In this document: piece after piece, positions 19,899-28,622 of the stretch
Layout of the letters: the number at the start of each line of letters is the position of its first letter
Position numbering within the stretch: position 1 is the first letter of the stretch
NCBI GenBank assembly: GCA_965648915.1
Contig: CBFGIV010000003.1
Span: 39,323 to 103,322, forward strand
DNA length: 64,000 nt
Direction: 5' to 3'
From: a candidate division WOR-3 bacterium
Lineage (GTDB): Bacteria > Hydrothermota > Tepidihabitantia > SM23-42 > CAYGYG01
Translations under genes and position numbers: made by a program
Notes under the pieces: model-generated
What the model was told of the DNA's origin: nothing
What the model saw: the letters and a program-made list of their open reading frames with translations, nothing else
Database searches by the model: none

Positions 19899-22010
19899 TT
19901 ATCTCACGACCACCAGTTTCTTAACCGTGCTTTCGTTCTCATGCGTGTAGTTGACAAAGTAAATACCTGAGGCAAGTTTCCGGGTATCAATATTGATGGA
20001 CTTAACTCCAGCCTTTTCATTGCCATCGACCAAGGTGTTAACCAGTGAACCAGTAGCATCATAGATTTTGAGTGTAACATTTGCCGGATGAGGCAGACCA
20101 TAAGTGATGCGGGCAAAATTACGGGCATGCGAGGCTACATCGAGGGTGAAGTTTGAAGGTACCACTGCAGGATCTTCTTCAGATATGCTGACCGGGCTAT
20201 AACCACGCCAGTGGGCATAGATATTGGTTACCCGATATGTTCCACCATTCGATCTCAGTTCGAGAACGAACGGGATGATCGACTCAGCCGCCGGGATTGT
20301 GGAGAGGACGCGGAACTGGAAGTAGTCGGTTCCATTATGACCCTTGCGGTTCGCACCACCAACGCTGTCGAGGTCGCCAAATGTTCCAAGTGAATCCTCG
20401 ATCACTGCATAGGTGAAGCCGGGGCGTAGACGGAGCACACCAGTAATCCCGGTTGCTCTGCGGCCACCCGCACTCCAGATCGTGTCAACCATCCGGACCC
20501 GCTCACCTGGATCAGCCCGACCATTGTTATTACCATTACCCCAGTTGTCAATGATGGCATGGCGGTAATAAGCCAGACTCGGACTTCGAGGCATTACCTG
20601 CAGGAGTCGAGCCATATCGATAATACCCCAGCCATAGGTACTATCTTCACCTGGTGTCCCTTTGTCTCGTGCAGTATACATCATCAGTTTCTTCAATGTA
20701 TCGGCACCGATATTGGTATTATACTGACGCATCAGTAAGAAAGCACCAGCCACATGGGGACCAGCCATTGAGGTTCCGGACATTGTTCCGTAGTTATTCG
20801 GTCCAGTCCTTAAACAGGATCGGACATTAACACCCGGTGCAACCACTTCGGGTTTGCATCTGGTAGCAGGATTGTACATTGTGCAGTCAGTTGGACCACG
20901 GCTCGACCAGCTTGCGATATTCTCAGCATTATCAACGGCACCAACTGCATAGTTCAGAGTGAAAGTTGAGCAGATATTGGCTGGACTGCGATGGGTCTGG
21001 CGGGCTGGACCTTCATTGCCGGCAGAGTACTCAACGATACAACCAGCTGCTTCAAGCCGGTAGATCTCAGCATTCCATCTTCGGTCGCAATCCTGATAAC
21101 CGGTAAACCGTGCATCAATACCCCAGGAGTTCTGGCAGGCATCGGGCATATCATAGACCGTCGCTGGATTGCCATCCGGGTCTGCAGCCCAGGTATAGGC
21201 TTCACGGACATCAGCATCAAAACCTGAGCCTACACCCTGATTTATTGCATTATCCGCAATCCACTGTCCACCAGGTGCCATACCGACGGTATCACCCGGA
21301 TAACCACCAACCATTGTCCCACAGCAGTGGGTACCATGGCCATAGGTATCCTGAGGATTGGGTTGGCTACCGAGCGCATCTTTCCAAGCCTGGGCTAATG
21401 TTGCACCATTACGACCACGCCAGCGTCCAACCAGACAGGTATGCTGGAGATAGACACCGGTATCGAGACAGAAGGTGAGCCTTCCCAGACCATCGATCCC
21501 TCTCCGCCAGCAGGAGTCAGCCCGGACCATTGCCAGACCCCACTCATAGGCAAAGGTCTGGTCCGGAGCAGGTCCAACACTCACCGGCTTGATTAACTCG
21601 ACCGGCAGGTCGCGGTAGATGATGTCGACATCGGGCCGGTTGACAACCTTCTCGAGAACCGACTTCTTGCACTCAAGGGCAATTGAGTTGGAAAGCCAGA
21701 AGGAACGGATGCGACGGATATTGCCGCTCGCCTTCTCCTTGTTGAGAAAGGCAAGGATATCTTTCTGACTCTCATTACACTTATTCATCAGGGCACTGCA
21801 GATGACATAGTGCCTCTCCTGGCGGTCGGCATTCCGGGCATTTAATTCGGCCTCGAGTGCGGGCACATCGACCTGGTCCGCCATAATCACGATTGCCCTG
21901 ACTTCAGCGTCATCGGGCAGGGTCTGGAGATACTCTTCAAACGGCGGCTCATAATAACCGGCCAGAACCAGACCAATCGCCATCATAACCAAAAACGACA
22001 CTCGCTTCAT
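19899..22010 (-). CDS. S8 subtilisin-like serine protease (bacillopeptidase F-like) with T9SS-type C-terminal domain
   Basis: Signal peptide and prodomain; LDTG, GHGTH, SAGNEG and SGTSMAGPH; C-terminal IYDATG...SGIYFV...KKLVVVR. Confidence 0.92.
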   Translation of the reverse strand: MKRVSFLVMMAIGLVLAGYYEPPFEEYLQTLPDDAEVRAIVIMADQVDVPALEAELNARNADRQERHYVICSALMNKCNESQKDILAFLNKEKASGNIRRIRSFWLSNSIALECKKSVLEKVVNRPDVDIIYRDLPVELIKPVSVGPAPDQTFAYEWGLAMVRADSCWRRGIDGLGRLTFCLDTGVYLQHTCLVGRWRGRNGATLAQAWKDALGSQPNPQDTYGHGTHCCGTMVGGYPGDTVGMAPGGQWIADNAINQGVGSGFDADVREAYTWAADPDGNPATVYDMPDACQNSWGIDARFTGYQDCDRRWNAEIYRLEAAGCIVEYSAGNEGPARQTHRSPANICSTFTLNYAVGAVDNAENIASWSSRGPTDCTMYNPATRCKPEVVAPGVNVRSCLRTGPNNYGTMSGTSMAGPHVAGAFLLMRQYNTNIGADTLKKLMMYTARDKGTPGEDSTYGWGIIDMARLLQVMPRSPSLAYYRHAIIDNWGNGNNNGRADPGERVRMVDTIWSAGGRRATGITGVLRLRPGFTYAVIEDSLGTFGDLDSVGGANRKGHNGTDYFQFRVLSTIPAAESIIPFVLELRSNGGTYRVTNIYAHWRGYSPVSISEEDPAVVPSNFTLDVASHARNFARITYGLPHPANVTLKIYDATGSLVNTLVDGNEKAGVKSINIDTRKLASGIYFVNYTHENESTVKKLVVVR

Positions 22011-22166
22011 CTTAACCTCCTAATTGTTTAGAGTGTCACAATTTCAAACCAAAACATCGGATTATCTCCCACCCCATGTAATAAGTATCTAATTTTATCT
22101 ATCTTTTTTATATTGTCAATACTTTTTTTCATCATCTGGAGAGAGAAATCGACTATATTCTTCAGA

Positions 22167-22670
22167 CTACTGCCGGTCTTTTTCCATCTCTAATTCAATC
22201 AATACCTGATTGGCGTCGACTTTGGCACCGGCCTGGATATTTACTTTTTTTATCTTCCCTTTCATCGGCGAGCGCATCTGATTCTCCATCTTCATCGCCT
22301 CAACAATCACCAGGATCTGACCCGGTTCAACCTCTTGACCCTCTTCTACCTCTACTTTCACTACAACCCCGGGCATAGGTGCGGTAATTAAGTTATCCAC
22401 CGGATGTTCAATCACCGCCTTCAACTCTGCCTCCTGCACCACTTCAACCTCATAGATCTTTGAACCCCGGGCTAAATAAATCTTCTTCTCATCATAAACT
22501 GTATAGATATTGTATCTTTTATTGCTGATGGTTAAGTATAATTGATTCTCACTGATAAATCTTCCCTCGGCCTGATAATTCTGGTCACCAATCGCGATCA
22601 AGTACTTTCCTTCTTTCTCTTCGATCGTGCCGTTTATTGGCTGCCGATTGATCCTGAGGTTAAACTTCAT
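22167..22670 (-). CDS. Biotin carboxyl carrier protein
   Basis: APMPG...EAMKMEN. Confidence 0.9.
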   Translation of the reverse strand: MKFNLRINRQPINGTIEEKEGKYLIAIGDQNYQAEGRFISENQLYLTISNKRYNIYTVYDEKKIYLARGSKIYEVEVVQEAELKAVIEHPVDNLITAPMPGVVVKVEVEEGQEVEPGQILVIVEAMKMENQMRSPMKGKIKKVNIQAGAKVDANQVLIELEMEKDRQ

Positions 22671-24166
22671 CTACCTATCTCCCAATCACCGATGGTTAAC
22701 CAGGGGTCGGGAAGAGACTTTTCCAGTAAATTCAATCTTTTCTGACCGATCTTCATCTGTGTTAGGATAGCGCTGGCAACAACAATCGGTTCTGGTATGG
22801 TCTCGATTTCCGTTTGAACTTTTTTTCTTTCAAAATACTTATCGACAAAATGGGTTGAGATACGACCGGCTCTATAATCGCCATCCATTAAAACATCCTT
22901 GAGAAAACTGACGGTCGATTTAATACCGAGAATGACATAGTCATCAAGTGCAGCAATCAATCGCTGCCGGGCGATCTCTCTTGTCTCTCCCCAGGCGATG
23001 AGTTTAGATAGTATCGGATCGTAATAGGGACTGATCTCAATTCCCGAATAGAGGCCTGAGTCACAACGGATACCAGGGCCAGTTGGTTCCCGGACAAAAA
23101 TAATCTTGCCCGGAGAGGGAATAAAATTATTAGCCGGATCCTCCGCATAAATTCGACACTCAATGGCATGACCCCGCTGCCTCAGTTCATTCTGTCTTAT
23201 CGACAGCCGCTCACCCGAGGCGATCAATATCTGTTGCCGGACAAGATCGATGCCGGTGACCATCTCGGTAATGGGATGCTCAACCTGGAGTCGAGCATTA
23301 ACTTCGAGGAAGTAGAAATTTCTATTGCGGTCGAGAAGAAATTCAACGGTCCCGGCATTGGTATAACCAACTGCCTGAGCAACCTTAACCGCGGTCGCTC
23401 CCATCTTAGCCCTTAAGTCCTCATCCATTATGGTTGATGGGGTCTCTTCAATAATCTTCTGATGGCGTCGCTGAATCGAACACTCCCGTTCAAAGAGATG
23501 AATGATATTACCATACCGATCACCGAGTATCTGAAACTCAATATGGCGTGGTTCATCAATATACTTTTCCAGATATATTGATTCATCGCCGAAGGAAGAT
23601 TTTGCCTCACGCATACCGGCCGCAACCGCATCTTTGAGTTCACTTTCCGAACGAACAATCCGCATTCCCTTTCCCCCTCCTCCCAGTGAAGCCTTGATAA
23701 TCACCGGATAACCTACCTCCTGTGCCCCTCTTAAAAAATCATCCATATCCCTTCCAACAAACTGCATCCCCGGAATAATCGGTATTCTCTCTTTAACCAC
23801 GGTATTGCGCGATTCAACTTTATCGCCGACCAATTTAAGGGCCCGGGCATCAGGGCCGATGAATGTAAGCCCGGCATCTTTACACCGCTGGGCAAATTGA
23901 TAATTCTCAGCAAGAAATCCATAGCCCGGGTGGATACCATCACAGTTGGTCTCCAGTGCTGCCTTAATGATATTATCAATATTGAGATAACTCTCAAGCG
24001 GTGCCGGGCCGCCAATACAGACTGCTTCATCTGCCATCTGGACATGAAGCCCATCCCGATCGATCGATGAATATACCGCGACAGTCGGGATCGACATCTC
24101 CCGGCAGGCGCGGATAATCCTTACTGCAATTTCACCGCGATTGGCAATCAATATCTTTCTCAGCAT
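22667..24166 (-). CDS. Biotin carboxylase (acyl-CoA / methylcrotonyl-CoA carboxylase alpha type)
   Basis: ILIANRGEIA, HPGYGFLAEN, GGGGKGMR, RECSIQRRHQK and RLQVEH; start ATG 24166. Confidence 0.93.
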   Translation of the reverse strand: MLRKILIANRGEIAVRIIRACREMSIPTVAVYSSIDRDGLHVQMADEAVCIGGPAPLESYLNIDNIIKAALETNCDGIHPGYGFLAENYQFAQRCKDAGLTFIGPDARALKLVGDKVESRNTVVKERIPIIPGMQFVGRDMDDFLRGAQEVGYPVIIKASLGGGGKGMRIVRSESELKDAVAAGMREAKSSFGDESIYLEKYIDEPRHIEFQILGDRYGNIIHLFERECSIQRRHQKIIEETPSTIMDEDLRAKMGATAVKVAQAVGYTNAGTVEFLLDRNRNFYFLEVNARLQVEHPITEMVTGIDLVRQQILIASGERLSIRQNELRQRGHAIECRIYAEDPANNFIPSPGKIIFVREPTGPGIRCDSGLYSGIEISPYYDPILSKLIAWGETREIARQRLIAALDDYVILGIKSTVSFLKDVLMDGDYRAGRISTHFVDKYFERKKVQTEIETIPEPIVVASAILTQMKIGQKRLNLLEKSLPDPWLTIGDWEIGR

Positions 24167-27100
24167 AGAATCGCTCACACTCTCTTAATTTATGGTCTAA
24201 TTTAAGTGACTGGTAGATATCCCGGGCGACCATGAGGTAACGGTCAACAGTCTTGCTCTCTTTACCAAATCTTTTAAGCAGGGCTGCATAATTTAAACTT
24301 GTGTCCGCAAGGAGTCGCTTCCGCCCAATTTTATCGAATAGTTCAATTGCCTTTTGATAATTTTCCGCCGATCGGGTAAAATCGGCTTTAGTAGCATAAA
24401 TCTTGCCGTAAACAAAATAACAATAGGCCTCACCCGATTTTGACCCTAACTCTCGGGCATACCTCAGGGCGTTGTCAACATATTCCAATATCTGCTCGAG
24501 ATGAAATTCACCTTTGGCCAGCGCCAATTGAACCATAAGGAGATACCAGGTTTTTAAAACATCTTTACTTTGAATCTCACCAATAACCTTCTCTGCCCTT
24601 AATAAATATTCTTCAGCCTTACGCAATTCTCCCATCTCAAGGTATACATCAGTTAGAGAACAGCACGCTTCACCGATCCGAAACTTATCCTGTGAATCCT
24701 CAGCAGTCTTTAAAAATTTCTGAATCTCTTCAATCGCCCGGGCATATCTGCCCATCTCCTTATAGACATTGCCCAGACAACCATAGGCTAAGCCAATGCT
24801 CTTCTCACTACCACACTCTTCGGCAATGGCCAGATCTTTAAGATAGAAGTCAATCGCCTTTTCGTATTCACCTTTATAGAAATGGATATCGCCTAAATTA
24901 TTGTAGGCAATGCCTGAACCATTTTTATGGCCGATCTCTTCACATATCGCCAATTTTTTCTGAAAAAGTTCCTGCGCCCGTTCATAATCGCCCTGATCCA
25001 TATAGACCAGACCTAAATTATTCAGGGCAATGCTCACTCCGCGTTTGTAATCTAAGTCGATGTAAATATCAAAGCTCTCTTTATAAAATTGAATTGCCCT
25101 CTGGTAATCACCTTTTACCCAGCAGGATAATCCTAAATTGTTATAGGCACGTGCAATTATCCGCTTCTTCTCCTTTTCATCGATATTAAAACCCTTGACG
25201 ATCTCAATCTCCTTCATCGTCTCTTCGATCGCCTTATCGATCATTCCTAATGTCCGATAGGTCGAACATCGGAATATCCGGATCTCTGACCGTTCAAGCA
25301 TATCATCGAGTGAGTCACCCCTGATCTCAGCTTCAGCCTTATCCAGCATCTTCAACCCTTCATCGGTCTTACCCCGCTCACTCAATATGAGGGCAATCTT
25401 CCTTTTCGCTCTTGCCTTAACAGATCCCTCGCGGGCATATGCGGTGATTAAACTAAAATGGTCGATTGCCCGATTGTAATCACCTTTTATGTCGTATAAA
25501 TCACCCAGGGCTTCGTTGGCAACAATAAAATCCTGGTAGTGACTATCCATATTTTGCTTAATAAAAACCAATGCATTTTGGAAATTTCTGATTGCCTCAT
25601 CATTGGCCCAGCGTTCCTTTGCTTTTTTACCGGCCCTTATTAACCACTCAATTGCCTTCTCCGGATCATTACTATTGTTGTATTGGTGAGCAATTACTTC
25701 GGTCAACTCTTCTAATCGGTCGGGGTATCTCTTCTCAATTAACGAACCGATCTGTCGGTGTAGTTCCATACGCTTCTTCTTCAAAAGCGTCTGGTAGACA
25801 ACTTCATGGACAACCGGGTGGCGAAACTGATAGCAGTATTTAGAATCCACGCGTTCCTGTTTAATAAATTCGAAGGCCTCTAAGGTGCTGAGATGAAGAC
25901 TCAAAATTAGAGAGTCAACATTACAGAGGGCTTCAAGGATATCTATTTCAAAATTTTTTCCAATCACTGATGCCAGCTGGAGAACCTCTTTCAGTTCGGC
26001 TTCCAGCCGATCGAGCCGGGCAATAATTACCGACTGGACTGTATCCGGAATTTTAATCGAAGCAACATCGGTTGTTAACCGCCATACGCCATCAGTGAAA
26101 ACCAGAAAGCCTGCGTCGATCAGGGAACGGATAATCTCTTCAAGAAAAAATGGGTTACCTTCAGCCTTGGCCAGTATCCGGTCTTTAAAGTTTTCAGTAA
26201 TACCAGGGATTTTCAGAAGGTTATAAACCAGCATCGAACTTGCTTCATATTCCAGTGGTTTGAGGGTAACCTCAAGAAATATACTATTCAACCCCTTACC
26301 AATTCTTTCTTTTACTCGATAACACTCGGTGCCACGTTCGATGCGCGAAAGACAGATAAAGGCTACGGCCGGTAGATCGGATGATTGGATAAGATATTCA
26401 AGAAGTTCCAGCGATTCGGGGTCAATCCAATGATAATCTTCAATAATGATGAGGACCGGTTCTTTGCGGGCAAAGGCATCGATCAATCTCCGCATACTTG
26501 AAAAGATTTGAATCTTAATACTACCCGGATCAAGATATTTTACTTTTTCATCCAGTTCCCCTTCGAAACGGATCGCAAACATATAAGCAATGTAGGGCAA
26601 TATCTCTTTATAACTTTCACCCAGGATTTGGGGGCCTAGACTGAGAAGTTTCTCTCTGATACTATCGTTTGAATCCTTCTCTGAAATATTAAACATACTT
26701 CTCAAAATACTCAAAAAGGGATGGTAAAAAAGGCTCTTGCCGTAAGAAAGGCACCTCCCTTCAAATACGGTGAAGGGCCGCTTTTCTCTATCAAGTGATT
26801 TTATCACCTCGGCAACGAGCCGGGATTTCCCAACACCCGCTTCGCCCGTGACAAAGATAACCCTCTTTTCTCCCGAAGATGACTCACTGATAGTTTTTCG
26901 TAACAACTCCAGTTCGCGGTCACGGCCGACCATCGGTGAGTATAATTCTTGAATCCCCCGTTTGGGTAACGGCTTAGATTTTATTCGGAGCAGTTTAAAT
27001 AGACGAACCGGCTGATCAATCCCTTTTATCATCTGTGACTCAATCGGTTCATAGTCAAAAAGATAACGGGTCATACGATAGGTTACTTCAGAAGTTAAGA

Positions 27101-27581
27101 TTTCACCATTTTGTGCCCGATCCTTAAGTCGCGAAGCAAAATTGACAACATCGCCCATCACCGAATACTCACGCTTCTCGGCAGTCCCAACCTCACCCAC
27201 ATAGACTGTTCCGGTGTGAATACCGATATGGAGACCGAGGGTATTCTCGATCTTGAGTTTCGATCTTAATGACTTATTTATCTCGGGGAGATAGGCCATC
27301 ATCTCCAGCGCCGCTTTGACTGCCCGCTCTGGATCATCTTCAAGTGCTTGAGGCAATCCAAAAAGGGCAATAACCAGATCCCCTTCATATTTATAGATTG
27401 TGCCTCCCTGATTTATGATTGCTCGATTTAAGTATTCGAAACAGAGATTAGCCACATCCCGGACCTCTTCTGGATCCAGTCTCTTTGAAATTGCGGTAAA
27501 CCCTGAAAGGTCAGCAAAAACCAGACTCAAAAATCTCCGTTCACCTTCGATACCGCTTTTAATAACTCTATCTTTTCCCAT
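24132..27581 (-). CDS. Class III adenylate/guanylate cyclase + STAND-type AAA ATPase + TPR repeats
   Basis: FADLSGFT, KYEGD and GDVVNFASRL; MVGR..EL, GEAGVGKS, IIEDYHW and EGNPFFLEE; many NNLG TPR repeats. Likely start ATG 27581. Confidence 0.9.
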   Translation of the reverse strand: MGKDRVIKSGIEGERRFLSLVFADLSGFTAISKRLDPEEVRDVANLCFEYLNRAIINQGGTIYKYEGDLVIALFGLPQALEDDPERAVKAALEMMAYLPEINKSLRSKLKIENTLGLHIGIHTGTVYVGEVGTAEKREYSVMGDVVNFASRLKDRAQNGEILTSEVTYRMTRYLFDYEPIESQMIKGIDQPVRLFKLLRIKSKPLPKRGIQELYSPMVGRDRELELLRKTISESSSGEKRVIFVTGEAGVGKSRLVAEVIKSLDREKRPFTVFEGRCLSYGKSLFYHPFLSILRSMFNISEKDSNDSIREKLLSLGPQILGESYKEILPYIAYMFAIRFEGELDEKVKYLDPGSIKIQIFSSMRRLIDAFARKEPVLIIIEDYHWIDPESLELLEYLIQSSDLPAVAFICLSRIERGTECYRVKERIGKGLNSIFLEVTLKPLEYEASSMLVYNLLKIPGITENFKDRILAKAEGNPFFLEEIIRSLIDAGFLVFTDGVWRLTTDVASIKIPDTVQSVIIARLDRLEAELKEVLQLASVIGKNFEIDILEALCNVDSLILSLHLSTLEAFEFIKQERVDSKYCYQFRHPVVHEVVYQTLLKKKRMELHRQIGSLIEKRYPDRLEELTEVIAHQYNNSNDPEKAIEWLIRAGKKAKERWANDEAIRNFQNALVFIKQNMDSHYQDFIVANEALGDLYDIKGDYNRAIDHFSLITAYAREGSVKARAKRKIALILSERGKTDEGLKMLDKAEAEIRGDSLDDMLERSEIRIFRCSTYRTLGMIDKAIEETMKEIEIVKGFNIDEKEKKRIIARAYNNLGLSCWVKGDYQRAIQFYKESFDIYIDLDYKRGVSIALNNLGLVYMDQGDYERAQELFQKKLAICEEIGHKNGSGIAYNNLGDIHFYKGEYEKAIDFYLKDLAIAEECGSEKSIGLAYGCLGNVYKEMGRYARAIEEIQKFLKTAEDSQDKFRIGEACCSLTDVYLEMGELRKAEEYLLRAEKVIGEIQSKDVLKTWYLLMVQLALAKGEFHLEQILEYVDNALRYARELGSKSGEAYCYFVYGKIYATKADFTRSAENYQKAIELFDKIGRKRLLADTSLNYAALLKRFGKESKTVDRYLMVARDIYQSLKLDHKLRECERFYAEKDIDCQSR

Positions 27582-28383
27582 TATCTTTGAATAAATTTTG
27601 CCAATCTGGCTTTCTTTTTTCAAGAAAAGCCGCCATACCTTCCTGGGCTTCAGGCGAGGTCCTCAATTGAGCAATAACCTCTGCGGTAAACCTTCGGGCG
27701 TCTTCAAATGATATCTGTGAAACTCTACTTAGGAGTTCTTTACACTTTTTTATTGCCTCAGGCCCGCTCGATAATAACTGATTAACCATCTCGTCGACCG
27801 CCTTATCGAGTTCTTGAGCCGGGACAATCTTATTGATCAGTCCTGCCGCCAGCGCCCTCTCGGCGGTAATTCTCTCACCAGTCAGAAAGAATTCGCGACA
27901 TCTTCCTTCGCCACACTTTTTAATTACATAAGGGGAAATGCAGGCCGGAATCAATCCAAGTTTCACTTCACTAAAACTGAATTTTGCGTCAACGGCAGCA
28001 ATCGCTATATCACAGACTGCAACCAGACCGGTCCCACCCCCAATCGCCGCCCCCTGAACCCGGGCAATGGTTGGTTTAGGGGATGAGTAGATGAGGTAGA
28101 GCATCTCAGCCAGTTCGAGCGACTCTTTAAGATTCTGTTCATAGGAATAATCTTTTATCTCTCTCATCCAGTTCAGATCGGCACCGGCACAAAAGGATTT
28201 TCCTTCACCCTTCAGGATAACAACCTTTAAATCATCGATCCCTTTTATTTCATTGAAGACACCTGCCAATTCATTAATCATCCTGCGGTTGAAGGCATTG
28301 TGGACTTCGGGTCGGTTAAGGGTTACATAGCCAATTGCATCTTTAACAGAAAAGGTTATGGTCTTGAGGACTGACTCAGACAC
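27568..28383 (-). CDS. Enoyl-CoA hydratase family, methylglutaconyl-CoA hydratase (LiuC)-like
   Basis: LNRPEVHNAFN, FCAGADL.WM, GAAIGGG, FSEVKLGLIPA.ISPYV and EG..AFLEKRKP.W; adjacent to a biotin carboxylase. Confidence 0.85.
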   Translation of the reverse strand: MSESVLKTITFSVKDAIGYVTLNRPEVHNAFNRRMINELAGVFNEIKGIDDLKVVILKGEGKSFCAGADLNWMREIKDYSYEQNLKESLELAEMLYLIYSSPKPTIARVQGAAIGGGTGLVAVCDIAIAAVDAKFSFSEVKLGLIPACISPYVIKKCGEGRCREFFLTGERITAERALAAGLINKIVPAQELDKAVDEMVNQLLSSGPEAIKKCKELLSRVSQISFEDARRFTAEVIAQLRTSPEAQEGMAAFLEKRKPDWQNLFKDNGKR

Positions 28384-28388
28384 AGAAG

Positions 28389-28416
28389 ATTATAGCCAGA
28401 AATAGCCCTTTGTCAA
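28389..28416 (-). promoter_or_regulatory. Promoter TTGACA-N16-TATAAT, 5 nt before GTG 28383
   Basis: Read on the minus strand. Confidence 0.7.
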
Positions 28417-28454
28417 GGAGGTGAGTATGTATGTAGCAATAATCAAAATTACTA

Positions 28455-28482
28455 TTGACAAATTTTTTATTCTGGTTAAAAT
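28455..28482 (+). promoter_or_regulatory. Promoter TTGACA-N16-TAAAAT for the C25 protease gene
   Basis: Read directly; back-to-back with the preceding promoter. Confidence 0.7.
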
Positions 28483-28622
28483 CGTTTAATCTTGAAAACC
28501 GGCCTGGTTGAAAATCGAAAGTTTCAACCCTAGTGGAGATAAGAAAAGCGCATCGTTCAAGGGGCCGGTCAGAGATTATGCTCCGTGGAAACGGAGTGAT
28601 GAATAATGCTGTAGGAGGTTTT

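Noticed and set aside
24400-25700. Repetitive sequence in the cyclase gene
   Set aside because: These are degenerate protein-level TPR repeats, not a CRISPR array or DNA repeat.
28533-28622. 30-aa N-terminal extension of the C25 protease in the ORF track
   Set aside because: The AGGAGG SD and signal peptide indicate a start at 28623. The same reasoning applies to extensions at 8375, 10729, 12671, 14808, 44043 and 45487.
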